A stretch of DNA of 64,000 bases, taken from Candidatus Pacearchaeota archaeon (lineage in GTDB: Archaea > Nanobdellota > Nanobdellia > Pacearchaeales > GW2011-AR1). The position numbers and the translations under genes were made by a program. The notes under the pieces were generated by a model. It worked only from the letters and a program-made list of their open reading frames with translations. It had not been told where the DNA came from and made no database searches. Position 1 is the stretch's first letter. Each line of letters begins with the position of its first letter. This document shows positions 37,531-47,000 of this stretch, in pieces. The DNA lies in the NCBI GenBank assembly GCA_019659125.1, contig JAIFVX010000001.1:15437-79436 (forward strand), in the 5' to 3' direction.

Positions 37531-38427
37531 ATGCCTCAAAAATTATCATTCGAAGACGAGATTGCGAAAAACAAGATAAAATCAACGATCCTCATAGGTG
37601 TTGTCATCATTGTTTTCGTTCTTCTAGGATATATCATTGCAAGCATCCTTGACCCTTCATTCTTTTTTGGAATTATGATCATCTCCATCATCATCTCTTT
37701 GAGTTATACACTTATCAGCTATTACAACTCAGACAAGATCGCCCTGGCAAGTGTCAATGCAAAGCCAGCATCACCTCATGAACACAAAGCTCTTCTGAAT
37801 GTAGTTGAAAACATGGCTCTCGCTTCTGGTTTGCCGATGCCCAAGGTCTATGTCATGGAATCCGAGCAGATCAATGCTTTTGCCTCAGGCAGGGATCCGC
37901 ACCATGCAGTCATTTGTGTCACCTCTGGAGCTTTAAGAAAGCTCACCAAGCAAGAGCTTGAAGGAGTTATTGCTCACGAGATGTCTCATATCGCCAACTT
38001 CGATATTCGATTTATGACGCTTGCAGCAGTTCTCATAGGGATGATCTCTATCCTTGCAGAAATATTTCTTAGGAGTCTCTGGATGGCGGGAGATAAGGAA
38101 GATAGAAAAGGAGGGATTCTTATTATTGTAGGAATTATTTTTGCTATCCTCGCCCCTCTCCTTTCAAGACTTGTAGCCCTTACCATCTCAAGGAAGAGAG
38201 AATATACTGCAGATGCAACGGGAGTGAAGTTCACCCGTTATCCTCCGGGACTGGCAAATGCTTTAAAGAAGATAAAGCAGGAACATATTAATCCAAATGA
38301 TGTAAAAAGATATCCGAAAGCAGTCGCTCCTCTTTTCATCTCGGATCCTTTCAAGAAAAGAATTCAGACACTGATGTCAACTCATCCCGATATTAATGAT
38401 AGGATTTCCAGGCTCGAGCGAATGTAA
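37531..38427 (+). CDS. htpX: HtpX-like M48 zinc metalloprotease
   Basis: 298 aa, TM helices; HEMSHI zinc-binding motif and a downstream E; typical HtpX topology. Confidence 0.9.
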   Translation: MPQKLSFEDEIAKNKIKSTILIGVVIIVFVLLGYIIASILDPSFFFGIMIISIIISLSYTLISYYNSDKIALASVNAKPASPHEHKALLNVVENMALASGLPMPKVYVMESEQINAFASGRDPHHAVICVTSGALRKLTKQELEGVIAHEMSHIANFDIRFMTLAAVLIGMISILAEIFLRSLWMAGDKEDRKGGILIIVGIIFAILAPLLSRLVALTISRKREYTADATGVKFTRYPPGLANALKKIKQEHINPNDVKRYPKAVAPLFISDPFKKRIQTLMSTHPDINDRISRLERM

Positions 38428-38458
38428 AATTTATAAATCTGATAGTTATTACTAGAAT

Positions 38459-38752
38459 ATGAAGTTTTCCGAGCAATGTTATGCAGTATTAAAGAAAGTG
38501 CCAAAGGGTAAAGTGACGACGTATAAAGAGATAGCACACACGTTGAACACAAAAGCATACCGCGCAGTTGGTAACGCGATGAATAAGAATCCTTATGCTC
38601 CTGAGGTGCCCTGCCACCGAGTCGTCAATGCAGATGGAAGGCTAGGAGGGTTTGCATACGGCAAGGAAAGAAAAATAAAACTTCTGAAAGAAGAAGGAAT
38701 AAAGATTGAAAAGGGAACTGTTGATCTGAAGACGTATCTTCATCAGTTCTAA
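38459..38752 (+). CDS. ogt: methylated-DNA-protein-cysteine methyltransferase, short DNA-binding/active-site-domain-only form
   Basis: 97 aa; active-site PCHRVV with Cys retained; HTH …YKEIAHTLNTKAYRAVGNA. Confidence 0.85.
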   Translation: MKFSEQCYAVLKKVPKGKVTTYKEIAHTLNTKAYRAVGNAMNKNPYAPEVPCHRVVNADGRLGGFAYGKERKIKLLKEEGIKIEKGTVDLKTYLHQF

Positions 38753-38797
38753 TAATAGTTCGCATAGATTGAAATACAATGCTATCCTCTTCTTTCT

Positions 38798-39361
38798 ATG
38801 ATGCTTCAGGAAGAATTCTTCAATAGAAGTACCATCCAGGTGGCGAAAGACATGCTGGGATGTTACATTGTATCAGAGTCCAAGGAAGGAAGGACGGTGG
38901 GAAAGATAGTGGAAACGGAAGCGTATCTCTCAGATGATCCGGGCTCGCACACCTTCAAGGGAAAAACAAAAAGGAATGAAGTGATGTTCGGACCTCCAGG
39001 AAGAGCTTATGTCTATTTCATTTATGGAGCACATCATTGCATCAATATAGTTACTCAAAAAGCAGGGATGGGTGAGGCAGTGTTGATTCGTGCACTCGAA
39101 CCGATCTCAGGGATCGACATCATGAAAAAGAGGAGAGGAAAAGAGGATATTTATGAGTTGTGCAGTGGCCCTGGCAAGCTTGTCGTCGCTCTCGGTATAG
39201 ATAAAACATTTAACGGCCTTGAGTTGAATAAGCGGATAAAAATGCTTGAGCAACAGGAAAAGCCGACTATTGTTGCAACAACCCGTGTTGGCCTTTCAAA
39301 TGGAAAAGACCTTCCCTATCGCTTCTACATCCGAGATAACCCATTTATCTCAAGAAAATAA
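38798..39361 (+). CDS. mpg: DNA-3-methyladenine glycosylase (Mpg/AAG family)
   Basis: 187 aa; IVETEAYLSDDPGSHTFKGKTKRNEVMFGPPGRAYVYFIYGAHHCINIV signature. Confidence 0.88.
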   Translation: MMLQEEFFNRSTIQVAKDMLGCYIVSESKEGRTVGKIVETEAYLSDDPGSHTFKGKTKRNEVMFGPPGRAYVYFIYGAHHCINIVTQKAGMGEAVLIRALEPISGIDIMKKRRGKEDIYELCSGPGKLVVALGIDKTFNGLELNKRIKMLEQQEKPTIVATTRVGLSNGKDLPYRFYIRDNPFISRK

Positions 39362-39394
39362 TAAGGCTTAAATATTGTCTTTCGTTACAGTAGT

Positions 39395-39832
39395 ATGCCT
39401 AAAAAGGTCATCAAAAAATCCTCTGAAAAGAAACTTCAGGGTATTGAAGGATGGATTATTGTCTACTTGATAATGATTGTATTCTGGGCAGTCGGAGTAA
39501 TTTACTTTTTTATTGCAGTTCCTTTGATAAATGATTTGGTTGCTTCCGATGATTACGGTCTTGCAGGAGTATTACATACCGGTATGGTTGCATGGTTCTT
39601 CGTGTTTCTCATTACTATGTACTTCACCTTCAAGAAAAGAAAGGCAGCGATTCAGTGGAACATAGGGTTAATAGTTTTCTATGCCATAATTGTCTTTCTG
39701 ATGAACTCAGTTTATTCTTCTCTCATCCAGCAGTCCGGAGTAAGTAATCCTATTACAGCTTACGTACTTCCCCTCGCTTGGCTGTGGTACTGGAATTCTT
39801 CTATAAGAGTAAAGAACACATTTGTTAATTAA
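39395..39832 (+). CDS. hypothetical membrane protein (145 aa, ~4 TM)
   Basis: Hydrophobic helices; no motif. Confidence 0.4.
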   Translation: MPKKVIKKSSEKKLQGIEGWIIVYLIMIVFWAVGVIYFFIAVPLINDLVASDDYGLAGVLHTGMVAWFFVFLITMYFTFKKRKAAIQWNIGLIVFYAIIVFLMNSVYSSLIQQSGVSNPITAYVLPLAWLWYWNSSIRVKNTFVN

Positions 39833-39838
39833 TATAAC

Positions 39839-39912
39839 TGGGAATGCCGGGATTCGCACCCGGGTCGGACGCACCCCATGCGCCAATCATAACTAAGCTA
39901 GACCACATCCCC
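39839..39912 (-). tRNA. tRNA-Pro (anticodon GGG)
   Basis: Minus-strand 74-nt cloverleaf: acceptor GGGGATG/CATTCCC, anticodon stem GGCGC/GCGTC with loop ATGGGGT, T-arm CCGGG-TGCGAAT-CCCGG; discriminator A, no CCA; D-stem only 3 bp plus a mismatch. Confidence 0.65.
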
Positions 39913-39965
39913 TGAATTATTTTAAAATTGGAAATGTTTAAATAACCTCTCTAGGAGATAAGAGC

Positions 39966-40409
39966 ATGGAACCTACGCCAAACATTCCTATTATAAGACA
40001 TCATAGCGACTTGCTGAGCAAGGATGCTATGCGAGTTGCCCAAGGTTATTCCGTTGACCTTGGTGAAATGCCTGCATTAATTTATTTAGGAAACTCAGTA
40101 GGAAACACAGATCTAAAAGATTTCGCCAGAGCCAAAGGAATGAGGATAGCGACCAGCTCAATGGCAGCATGTGCGCTCGTGGAGTATGAACTCATAGAAC
40201 GAGAGACATTTCAGATGCCCTATATAGTAAAAACATTGATAGAAATTGCAGGTGGAGACCGAAGCGCTCTTAAACCAGGTGTTAAAGAAGATGATATTGC
40301 CTATCAGCTGTTTGAAAGAGATAATACTCCCGCGGAAGAACTTAGAGAACAAGGAAAACAATTTGAGCAACTTGCTAACTATCTTGCTCACCTTCGGATT
40401 GAGAATTAG
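39966..40409 (+). CDS. hypothetical protein (147 aa)
   Basis: ORF track; no motif. Confidence 0.4.
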   Translation: MEPTPNIPIIRHHSDLLSKDAMRVAQGYSVDLGEMPALIYLGNSVGNTDLKDFARAKGMRIATSSMAACALVEYELIERETFQMPYIVKTLIEIAGGDRSALKPGVKEDDIAYQLFERDNTPAEELREQGKQFEQLANYLAHLRIEN

Positions 40410-40456
40410 GGTAAATCTTTATACTAGAGTATGTAAAAAAGCAGTTATAAAATTAT

Positions 40457-40864
40457 CTAGTTGCAGAGGATAGAACAAGAATCAGTATCAGCTAGATAGA
40501 AAACTTCAATAGGTCCACATCTTAGATTGTTTTCACCAAAGACGGGAAACGTCTGTGTACAGGAGATGAGATCGGATCCATCAAGATTACTTAATGTTGC
40601 ATCAACAGTGAGGTTATCTCCTACATTGAGATTGTGAAGATTTACATGTCTGGTAATGGTAGAAGATAGATTCTCCGTAATTACAAAATGCCCTCCAATA
40701 TGTTTTCCATTAAATTCTACAGTCGCTTCCTTCTCAAAAGAGCCATTCGTGAAGACAGGACGAGGTTTTATCTGAAGAAGAATTCCAGAGCTGGTTGCAA
40801 CCGCAAGAGCAGTGCCAAGTAAGATGCCGATGATTGTAGTTATGGTTATTTTTTTAAGAATCAT
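40457..40864 (-). CDS. secreted hypothetical protein (135 aa)
   Basis: N-terminal signal peptide/TM (ITITTIIGILLGTALAVA). Confidence 0.4.
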   Translation of the reverse strand: MILKKITITTIIGILLGTALAVATSSGILLQIKPRPVFTNGSFEKEATVEFNGKHIGGHFVITENLSSTITRHVNLHNLNVGDNLTVDATLSNLDGSDLISCTQTFPVFGENNLRCGPIEVFYLADTDSCSILCN

Positions 40865-40905
40865 GTATGAATAAAGCCGTTTCTCTATAAATACCTTTCC
40901 AATAA

Positions 40906-41412
40906 CTATTTCACCCGTTTGACTCTTTGCGCTTTCTGGATGTTTCTGCTTCGCGCTCTTTTTTGTGCAGGAGTAGGCTTTTCTCGTTCGGGAACATTTC
41001 TTTTATCCTTAGCTCTAAAAACATCTCCTTTCACATGAGTTGGTGTAGAAGAAAGGTTATCTAGAATTTTTCGTGTCGAAGGAGAATCCCCCTTTAGTTT
41101 GCCATTCTCCACATGGGCATCTTCCTTGCTGATGAGCCATGCCTGCGTATCCCAACTTCCGCTTCTCCGTTTCCCGGCAAGACGCTGTGAATGACCTTTT
41201 CTTCCAACATCTTGAATACGGAACATAGTGAACTCGCTTTTTGGTCTAACAACAACACGATAATAGTGACCTCTTCCTGTAGTACCTGGTTTTGCTCGCG
41301 TTCTTCCTTCAGGCTGAGCAAGAGCCCTTGCTCGAGGAGACATACGTCTCCATGTCTCCTGTGCCTTCCGTATATTACGTCGTGGAAAAAATAATTGTCG
41401 TAAAGAAGCCAT
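40906..41412 (-). CDS. highly basic hypothetical protein (168 aa; Arg/Lys-rich)
   Basis: ORF with strong Arg/Lys bias (…RRNIRKAQETWRR…KRARSRNIQKAQRVKRVK); possible nucleic-acid binder. Confidence 0.4.
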   Translation of the reverse strand: MASLRQLFFPRRNIRKAQETWRRMSPRARALAQPEGRTRAKPGTTGRGHYYRVVVRPKSEFTMFRIQDVGRKGHSQRLAGKRRSGSWDTQAWLISKEDAHVENGKLKGDSPSTRKILDNLSSTPTHVKGDVFRAKDKRNVPEREKPTPAQKRARSRNIQKAQRVKRVK

Positions 41413-41486
41413 GTAAGAAAGTAGTCGCTGAAATATAAATAATTTGTGTTGGCAGAAAGTAATTTATACATCCAGCTTCTTCATCG

Positions 41487-42134
41487 ATGATGGAATATAA
41501 TGTAAGAGTGATATCGAACGATTTTATTGCACCAAACATAAAGATGCTACGGATAGAGAAGCCTCTGGGATTGCAGTTTGTCCCAGGGCATGCAGCGATG
41601 CTCTCACTTGAATCGCATAGGAATGTTGTAAGTCCCTTCTCGATCACTTCCCATAATGCTGATCCATATCTGGAATTTATCATTAAGAGATATAGAGAGG
41701 GTATTACGGAGAAATTTCATGCTCTGCAACCAGGAGATAAGCTTGCAATCACTGCATTGTTTGGAGCCCATAGATATACGGGTGCAGGAGTATTTATTGC
41801 TGCAGGAACTGGTATAAACCCGTTCTTAGCTATGTTAAGAGAACTACATTCAACTAATAATCTAGATAATCATTCTCTTATCTATTCGGTAAAGAAGCAT
41901 GAAGATATCATTCTTGAATCTGAATTAAAAGAAATGCTCGGAGACAAATGTATAATTACATTGACGCAAGAGGAAAAGCAAGGATATCATCACGGAAGAA
42001 TTGATATATCGTTGTTAAAGGAAAAAATAAAAGATTTCAATGAGGAATTTTATGTCTGTGGTTCCCTTAAGTTTACGAAGGACATAAAGTCAATCCTCGC
42101 AGAAATAAAGCATAAGATATATAAAGCTCTTTGA
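41487..42134 (+). CDS. FNR-like FAD/NAD(P)-binding oxidoreductase (no Fe-S domain)
   Basis: 215 aa; FAD-binding R-x-F-S-like SPFSITS and NAD-binding GTGINPFLAML motifs. Confidence 0.65.
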   Translation: MMEYNVRVISNDFIAPNIKMLRIEKPLGLQFVPGHAAMLSLESHRNVVSPFSITSHNADPYLEFIIKRYREGITEKFHALQPGDKLAITALFGAHRYTGAGVFIAAGTGINPFLAMLRELHSTNNLDNHSLIYSVKKHEDIILESELKEMLGDKCIITLTQEEKQGYHHGRIDISLLKEKIKDFNEEFYVCGSLKFTKDIKSILAEIKHKIYKAL

Positions 42135-42271
42135 CCTCTGAAATTTATGAACGTAAAAGAGATGAGTGATTGGAATAATTCTATTAAGCATTATAATACA
42201 TGTACCTTTGCCCTCGTGGCGATGTTGTCCAGGTAATTTCGTAACATTTCTCTGTTCCTGCATAACACCCT

Positions 42272-42571
42272 ATGACACTAAATATCTATTCTCATGTTTT
42301 TGAACTCCCGATCACAAAAGTGGAAACACTCCTTCCCTCTGCTTTGCTTGAAGAGATGAAAGAGTTTATGGAACGAAATACCTTAGCAGTATCTCGGCAA
42401 GCGGGAAAAAAGAAAATTCACTGCTGTACACGTTGCTTAAAGGCTCATGCTTTGAAGACAGCGAAGGAAATGAACTTTTTGTACCTGGAAAAATTAATTG
42501 ATAGAATCATCGAAGCAGAAGCAGGGCACAATGGCTATTATATGGATGAGGATGACCTGATTAAGATTTGA
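42272..42571 (+). CDS. hypothetical protein (99 aa)
   Basis: ORF track; CC…C cluster (IHCCTRCLKAH); no family assigned. Confidence 0.35.
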   Translation: MTLNIYSHVFELPITKVETLLPSALLEEMKEFMERNTLAVSRQAGKKKIHCCTRCLKAHALKTAKEMNFLYLEKLIDRIIEAEAGHNGYYMDEDDLIKI

Positions 42572-44540
42572 ATCCTCTTTGCCGGTCGACGAATCGGGAG
42601 ACAAATTCCTTATGTCTGTCACGATCAATGACCTTGATAAGTCTCCAGAGATTTCTTCCCTCAACAAGTTCAGCCTTTATCTTTCCAAGCGCCTTATTTC
42701 TTACAAATTCCGAGATGAATATGTCATTGCTGGCATATTCGGCAAAGTTCTTTGCTGCCGGAAGCGTGTTGCCCCATGAGCTGAATTTTACTTTCCCTTC
42801 AGAGCTTTCGGCAATAAGATCTCCCTTGTGGACTGAGATCCCAAATTCAATCTTCTGTGAGTGATATTTGTTATACTCAAGCAGCGTAGCTTCGATATCG
42901 CTGGCAGCGCTTAATGCTTGTATGACGATATCTTCCTTTATCAATGCAGGTGAAAATACCATGACTCGATATGCTCCGTCAAGGTAGATCTTTGCCCCTA
43001 ATCCGCGTGCTCTCACAAGAGCTTTATCAACAGCTGCAAGAGCATCTGCTGTTCCAGAGAGATTAGCAATATTCTTTACCTTCAGACACACGACTGCAGA
43101 GTCAACCTTTTCAGTCTTAGGAACCATGATTGGCTGTCCCATAGGTCGTGTACTGACAGGTGGCGCGACATAGGTATTTCCAAGCCGTGGCCTTCGTACT
43201 CGTCTGATGATCGCGATGACAATGATTGCAACAAGGACAATAATTATGAATGCAATCCAGAAGTATGTGCTTCCAGGATCTAAGGCCTCTAAGTCTTGTA
43301 CTGAGATCGCCCTGCCCGTGAGTGATGCAACTCCAAGACTTGTACTCTTCTGTCCATCCTGAACCTGAATGGAGTATTCTCCACGAGGTGCATATAATGA
43401 GTATCGTTTCGACTCCCCTACTTCTAGCGATATATCTCGTACTTCTTTTGTATCACCAATAGAAAGCTCAACAAGCTTGTGATAAGGTACGTTTCCTATA
43501 TTGAGAATGCTTATGGTATTGTTATCGCGTATGAACAATGCCTCTTCGTGTTCCTCAACCGAAAAGCTCTTGGTAACAAGGAAATTTCCAAAGTTTGCTG
43601 ATATCTTCCAATTTCCTGGAGTTGCATTAGATTCAAGCTTGTATGCTTGCGCATCCCCAGCTCGTGCAATGCCTCTAAATACACTCGTTCCCCGAGGATC
43701 AGAAAGTGCAATACCAATATCTCCTGTTGCAGGGGCGCCTGACTGATCATAGAGCAAGGCAGTGTAGGTCAATTCCTCTCCAGGAATGACGCTGACAGTA
43801 CTGAGAGCAATATCACTGCTCCGCACAAGCTGTCGCACTCTAAAGAACGTTGTTGCATCTCCTGTATTGATAATCTGGGAGCTGCTGTCTTTTTCATATG
43901 CATTGATTTGCGCTACATAATTTCCTGGAATTGCATCTCCAGGTATGGTAATAACCATGTTGAATGCACCTGCATGAACTGCAGTGAGAAAACTTATATT
44001 GAGAGGCTCTAAGAAAACTGAAGCATAACCTTCAAGGCCTGCACTGTTCCCTTTGATTGCTGTTCCGGAAAGGGATATGGTCTCGCCAGGAGAAAAAACG
44101 CTACCGTTGACTTCCACAAGGACATCGATTCCTTTGCTAATAAGAAATGTCTGAGTATCATGGGCAGCTTCATCCCATTCTACTCGCAAAAAGCATTCAC
44201 CTCCCATCTCCCCGATAAGAGCGCTATCAAGGGTAATTGAAAGAGGAATGGTCTTGGTTTCTCCTGCCTGAAGGGTATAAGGACTTCTGTAAAGTTCAAG
44301 CTCGGCAGCACCACAGAACAACTTTAAGCTTAAATAATCGCTAACGGTGTTTGCAGCATCCATCGTAGCACTGAGAGTGAGCGTGTCTCCCTTACTGTAT
44401 AATGAGTTCGGCTGGGTAAATGATACCTCTGCAGCAGCCATGGGAATGACAAATAAAACTAATAAAATAACGAACAACCCTTTTTTATCAAACCTCATCG
44501 TTTTATCCCGTATTTTTTCTATATAAACCTTGTGCACCAA
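42561..44540 (-). CDS. large surface protein: signal peptide, ~400-aa extracellular region, one TM, and a ~210-aa cytoplasmic domain with cyclase-homology-like pattern
   Basis: Signal peptide MRFDKKGLFVILLVLFVIPMAAA; TM YFWIAFIIIVLVAIIVIAII followed by RRVRRPR. Tail (…AVVCLKVKNIANL…AKIYLDGAYRVMVFS…KIEFGISVHKGDLIAESSEGKVKFSSWGNTLPAAKNFAEYASNDIFISEFV) mirrors the beta-alpha-beta-beta-alpha-beta pattern of class III nucleotidyl cyclase/GGDEF folds but lacks the first metal-binding Asp. Confidence 0.5.
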   Translation of the reverse strand: MVHKVYIEKIRDKTMRFDKKGLFVILLVLFVIPMAAAEVSFTQPNSLYSKGDTLTLSATMDAANTVSDYLSLKLFCGAAELELYRSPYTLQAGETKTIPLSITLDSALIGEMGGECFLRVEWDEAAHDTQTFLISKGIDVLVEVNGSVFSPGETISLSGTAIKGNSAGLEGYASVFLEPLNISFLTAVHAGAFNMVITIPGDAIPGNYVAQINAYEKDSSSQIINTGDATTFFRVRQLVRSSDIALSTVSVIPGEELTYTALLYDQSGAPATGDIGIALSDPRGTSVFRGIARAGDAQAYKLESNATPGNWKISANFGNFLVTKSFSVEEHEEALFIRDNNTISILNIGNVPYHKLVELSIGDTKEVRDISLEVGESKRYSLYAPRGEYSIQVQDGQKSTSLGVASLTGRAISVQDLEALDPGSTYFWIAFIIIVLVAIIVIAIIRRVRRPRLGNTYVAPPVSTRPMGQPIMVPKTEKVDSAVVCLKVKNIANLSGTADALAAVDKALVRARGLGAKIYLDGAYRVMVFSPALIKEDIVIQALSAASDIEATLLEYNKYHSQKIEFGISVHKGDLIAESSEGKVKFSSWGNTLPAAKNFAEYASNDIFISEFVRNKALGKIKAELVEGRNLWRLIKVIDRDRHKEFVSRFVDRQRGFKS

Positions 44541-44571
44541 TATTTATAAATCATCCCCTATCATAAAACTC

Positions 44572-45123
44572 ATGGATAGATTTTCGGCACTCCACCTTCT
44601 ACATGAATATGTAACATCTGAAAGTATACGAAGGCATTGCTATGCGGTAGCTGCTTCAATGGAAGCTTATGCGGAGAAATACCATGAAAGCAAGGATGCA
44701 TGGTGGATAACAGGATTACTGCATGATTTTGATTACGAGAAATACCCTACCATTCCGGAGCATGTTACTGAGGGCGTAAAAATCCTCAAGGCTAAAGGAT
44801 ACCTGCATGAGATGATAGAAGCTATTCAAGGTCATGTAGACTATCTTGGAGTTCCAAGAAAAAGCTTGATGGCAAAAACATTGTTTGCAGTTGATGAATT
44901 GTCAGGGTTTGTTGTTGCACTTGCTAAAGTGAGGCAAGACAGATTTACCACTATGGATGCGGAATCAGTGAAGAAAGCACTGAAAAAGAAGGGATTTGCA
45001 GCAGCAATAAACAGAGACTATATCGAAAAAGGCATTGCAGAGCTCGAAGTCAATAAAGAAGAGCATTTCAATCTCGTTATTCATGCGCTAAAGAAAATCC
45101 AGAAAGATCTCGGCTTTACCTAA
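44572..45123 (+). CDS. HD-domain phosphohydrolase
   Basis: H…HD (…RRHCYAVAAS…GLLHDFDYEKY…) motif; track ORF starts at 44530, the likely start is MDRFSALHLL. Confidence 0.65.
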   Translation: MDRFSALHLLHEYVTSESIRRHCYAVAASMEAYAEKYHESKDAWWITGLLHDFDYEKYPTIPEHVTEGVKILKAKGYLHEMIEAIQGHVDYLGVPRKSLMAKTLFAVDELSGFVVALAKVRQDRFTTMDAESVKKALKKKGFAAAINRDYIEKGIAELEVNKEEHFNLVIHALKKIQKDLGFT

Positions 45124-45154
45124 TGTTTATAAATCTAAAACCCATGAGATAGCG

Positions 45155-46294
45155 ATGAAAGAAGAGTTCAGTGTCACTCCATGGGATATTAAGGGAGATA
45201 TTGATTACGACAAACTCATAAAGAAGTTTGGTGTTGAGCCTCTAACTCCATCATTATTAAAAAGGATTGAGAAGACTGTCGGGGAATCCCATTTCATGCT
45301 ACGAAGAGGTATTTTCTTTGCTCATAGGGATATGGAATGGATTCTTGATGAGTACGGAAAAGTAAAGGGCCCTCAACAGGAAAAATTCTTCCTTTACACA
45401 GGAAGAGCTCCCTCAGGTCCAGTTCATATTGGTCATCTTGTTCCATGGGTTTTTACAAAATGGCTGCAAGACAAATTTAATGCTGAACTCTGGTTCCAGT
45501 TTCCCGATGAGGAAAAAGTGCTCATGAAGCAGGATATTACATTCGAAGATACGGCAAAGTACCTGAAAGAGAATATGCTTGATGTGATCGCACTAGGCTT
45601 TAACCCGAAGAAGACCCATTTTCTTATTGACACAAAGCATGCCAATCTGATGTACAAGGAAGCATGCAAGGTCGCTAAGAAAATAACGTTTTCGATGGTG
45701 AAAGCATCATTTGGTCTTAATGAGCAATCTAACATCGGCTCCATATTCTACACTGCTATGCAGGCAGTCCCAGCATTTTTGCCTTCCATTCTATCAAAAC
45801 GGGAAACTCCCTGCCTTATTCCTCACGCCATAGATCAAGATCCTCATTTCAGGCTGACGAGAGATATCTTACCAAAGTTAGGACATTACAAACCAGCATC
45901 AATACAATGCTCCTTCCTTCCCCCATTACAAGGTCGTGGAAAGATGAGCTCTTCCGAAGGTACTGCAATTTACACTACAGACTCCCCTGAAGACGTTGCG
46001 AAGAAGATAAACAAATACGCATTCTCAGGAGGAAAAGATACTCTGGAAGAGCATAGGAAAAAAGGCGGGAACCCTGACATCGATATCTCATTCCAGTATC
46101 TAAGATATTTGTTCGAGCCTGATGACAAGAAGCTTGAGAAAATATACAAAGATTATAAGTCGGGAAAGCTCCTTTCAGGAGATCTAAAGAAAATGACCAT
46201 TGAGAAGATCAATGCCTTCCTCAAAGATCATCAGGAAAAGAGAAAGCACGCAGAACAATTCCTCAACGCATTTATTCTCGAGACGAACGACTAG
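45155..46294 (+). CDS. trpS: tryptophanyl-tRNA synthetase (archaeal/eukaryotic type)
   Basis: 379 aa; class I HIGH (TGRAPSGPVHIGHL) and KMSSS (GKMSSSEG) motifs; length and motifs fit TrpRS rather than TyrRS. Confidence 0.85.
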   Translation: MKEEFSVTPWDIKGDIDYDKLIKKFGVEPLTPSLLKRIEKTVGESHFMLRRGIFFAHRDMEWILDEYGKVKGPQQEKFFLYTGRAPSGPVHIGHLVPWVFTKWLQDKFNAELWFQFPDEEKVLMKQDITFEDTAKYLKENMLDVIALGFNPKKTHFLIDTKHANLMYKEACKVAKKITFSMVKASFGLNEQSNIGSIFYTAMQAVPAFLPSILSKRETPCLIPHAIDQDPHFRLTRDILPKLGHYKPASIQCSFLPPLQGRGKMSSSEGTAIYTTDSPEDVAKKINKYAFSGGKDTLEEHRKKGGNPDIDISFQYLRYLFEPDDKKLEKIYKDYKSGKLLSGDLKKMTIEKINAFLKDHQEKRKHAEQFLNAFILETND

Positions 46295-47000
46295 AATCGA
46301 CTGATTTCATGAGTTTGTAAAGAGCAGGACCTCGTGTCTTAGTCTGATGATACCACTTTGAATCTTTCATCTCTTGAGCGGCAGTTTGATAATCTCCCTT
46401 ATTAATTGCCGTGATGAATTTCTGAAATCCCTCGAACCTTCGAGGTCCCAGGTTGAACATCATATCAGCAACTACTACTTTTACTGCATCAGGTTTACTA
46501 TCATAATCATGGATATAGTGTCGAGCGTGTTTTTCGGCTTCCCTGAGGTCGTGTTCAAATAGTGTATAGATTTGGTCTTGTGATAGGGCTTCCTTCCCTT
46601 GAAGAATTTCGTTATAGTTTGCTCCTACAGATTGAATGAGGTGTGGAGCGTCTTTTCTCTTTAGATTGAATCCAATTCCAATAGTGGGGATCTTTTCGGT
46701 GTCGAAATATCGAACAGGTTTATATCCTTCCTCAACTTTCAGTCTCGTACGCAGCTCATTACGATAAGACTCTTGCCTGATAAGAGGTTTTGATAATGAC
46801 TGAACTTTTTCCTCAAGCTTAGACATTTGTGTTGTAGGGATTTCCTCAGCAGGCTCTTGGATTCCCAGTGTAGGGGGAACCCAGTTAGGATCATACGTAT
46901 CTTCAGGCTTAGAGGAAGGTTGTATACTATAAAGAAACCCGCCTGCAACTACAGACAAGAAACCGGCCATGCCTATCATCCCTTTAGTAACTTTGTTCAT
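46272..47000 (-). CDS. GH24 (T4-lysozyme-like) muramidase with N-terminal Gly/Ala-rich signal-anchor (SAR-endolysin-like architecture)
   Basis: 242 aa; N-terminal weakly hydrophobic TM GMIGMAGFLSVVAGGFLYSI; catalytic region EEGYKPVRYFDTEKIPTIGIGFNL (Glu-Asp-Thr triad spacing of T4 lysozyme); C-terminal …VVVADMMFNLGPRRFEGFQKFITAINKGDYQTAAQEMKDSKWYHQTKTRGPALYKLM parallels T4L …ALINMVFQMGETGVAGF…AKSRWYNQTPNRAKRV. Confidence 0.85.
   Translation of the reverse strand: MNKVTKGMIGMAGFLSVVAGGFLYSIQPSSKPEDTYDPNWVPPTLGIQEPAEEIPTTQMSKLEEKVQSLSKPLIRQESYRNELRTRLKVEEGYKPVRYFDTEKIPTIGIGFNLKRKDAPHLIQSVGANYNEILQGKEALSQDQIYTLFEHDLREAEKHARHYIHDYDSKPDAVKVVVADMMFNLGPRRFEGFQKFITAINKGDYQTAAQEMKDSKWYHQTKTRGPALYKLMKSVDSSRSSRE

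Noticed and set aside
42272-42571. Possible tyrosine-recombinase C-terminal remnant (TLNIYSHVF vaguely like …IYTHV…)
   Set aside because: An in-frame stop lies immediately upstream, there is no R…HxxR…Y context, and no flanking repeats or att-like sequence next to the nearby tRNA-Pro; similarity is too short to support a mobile-element call.
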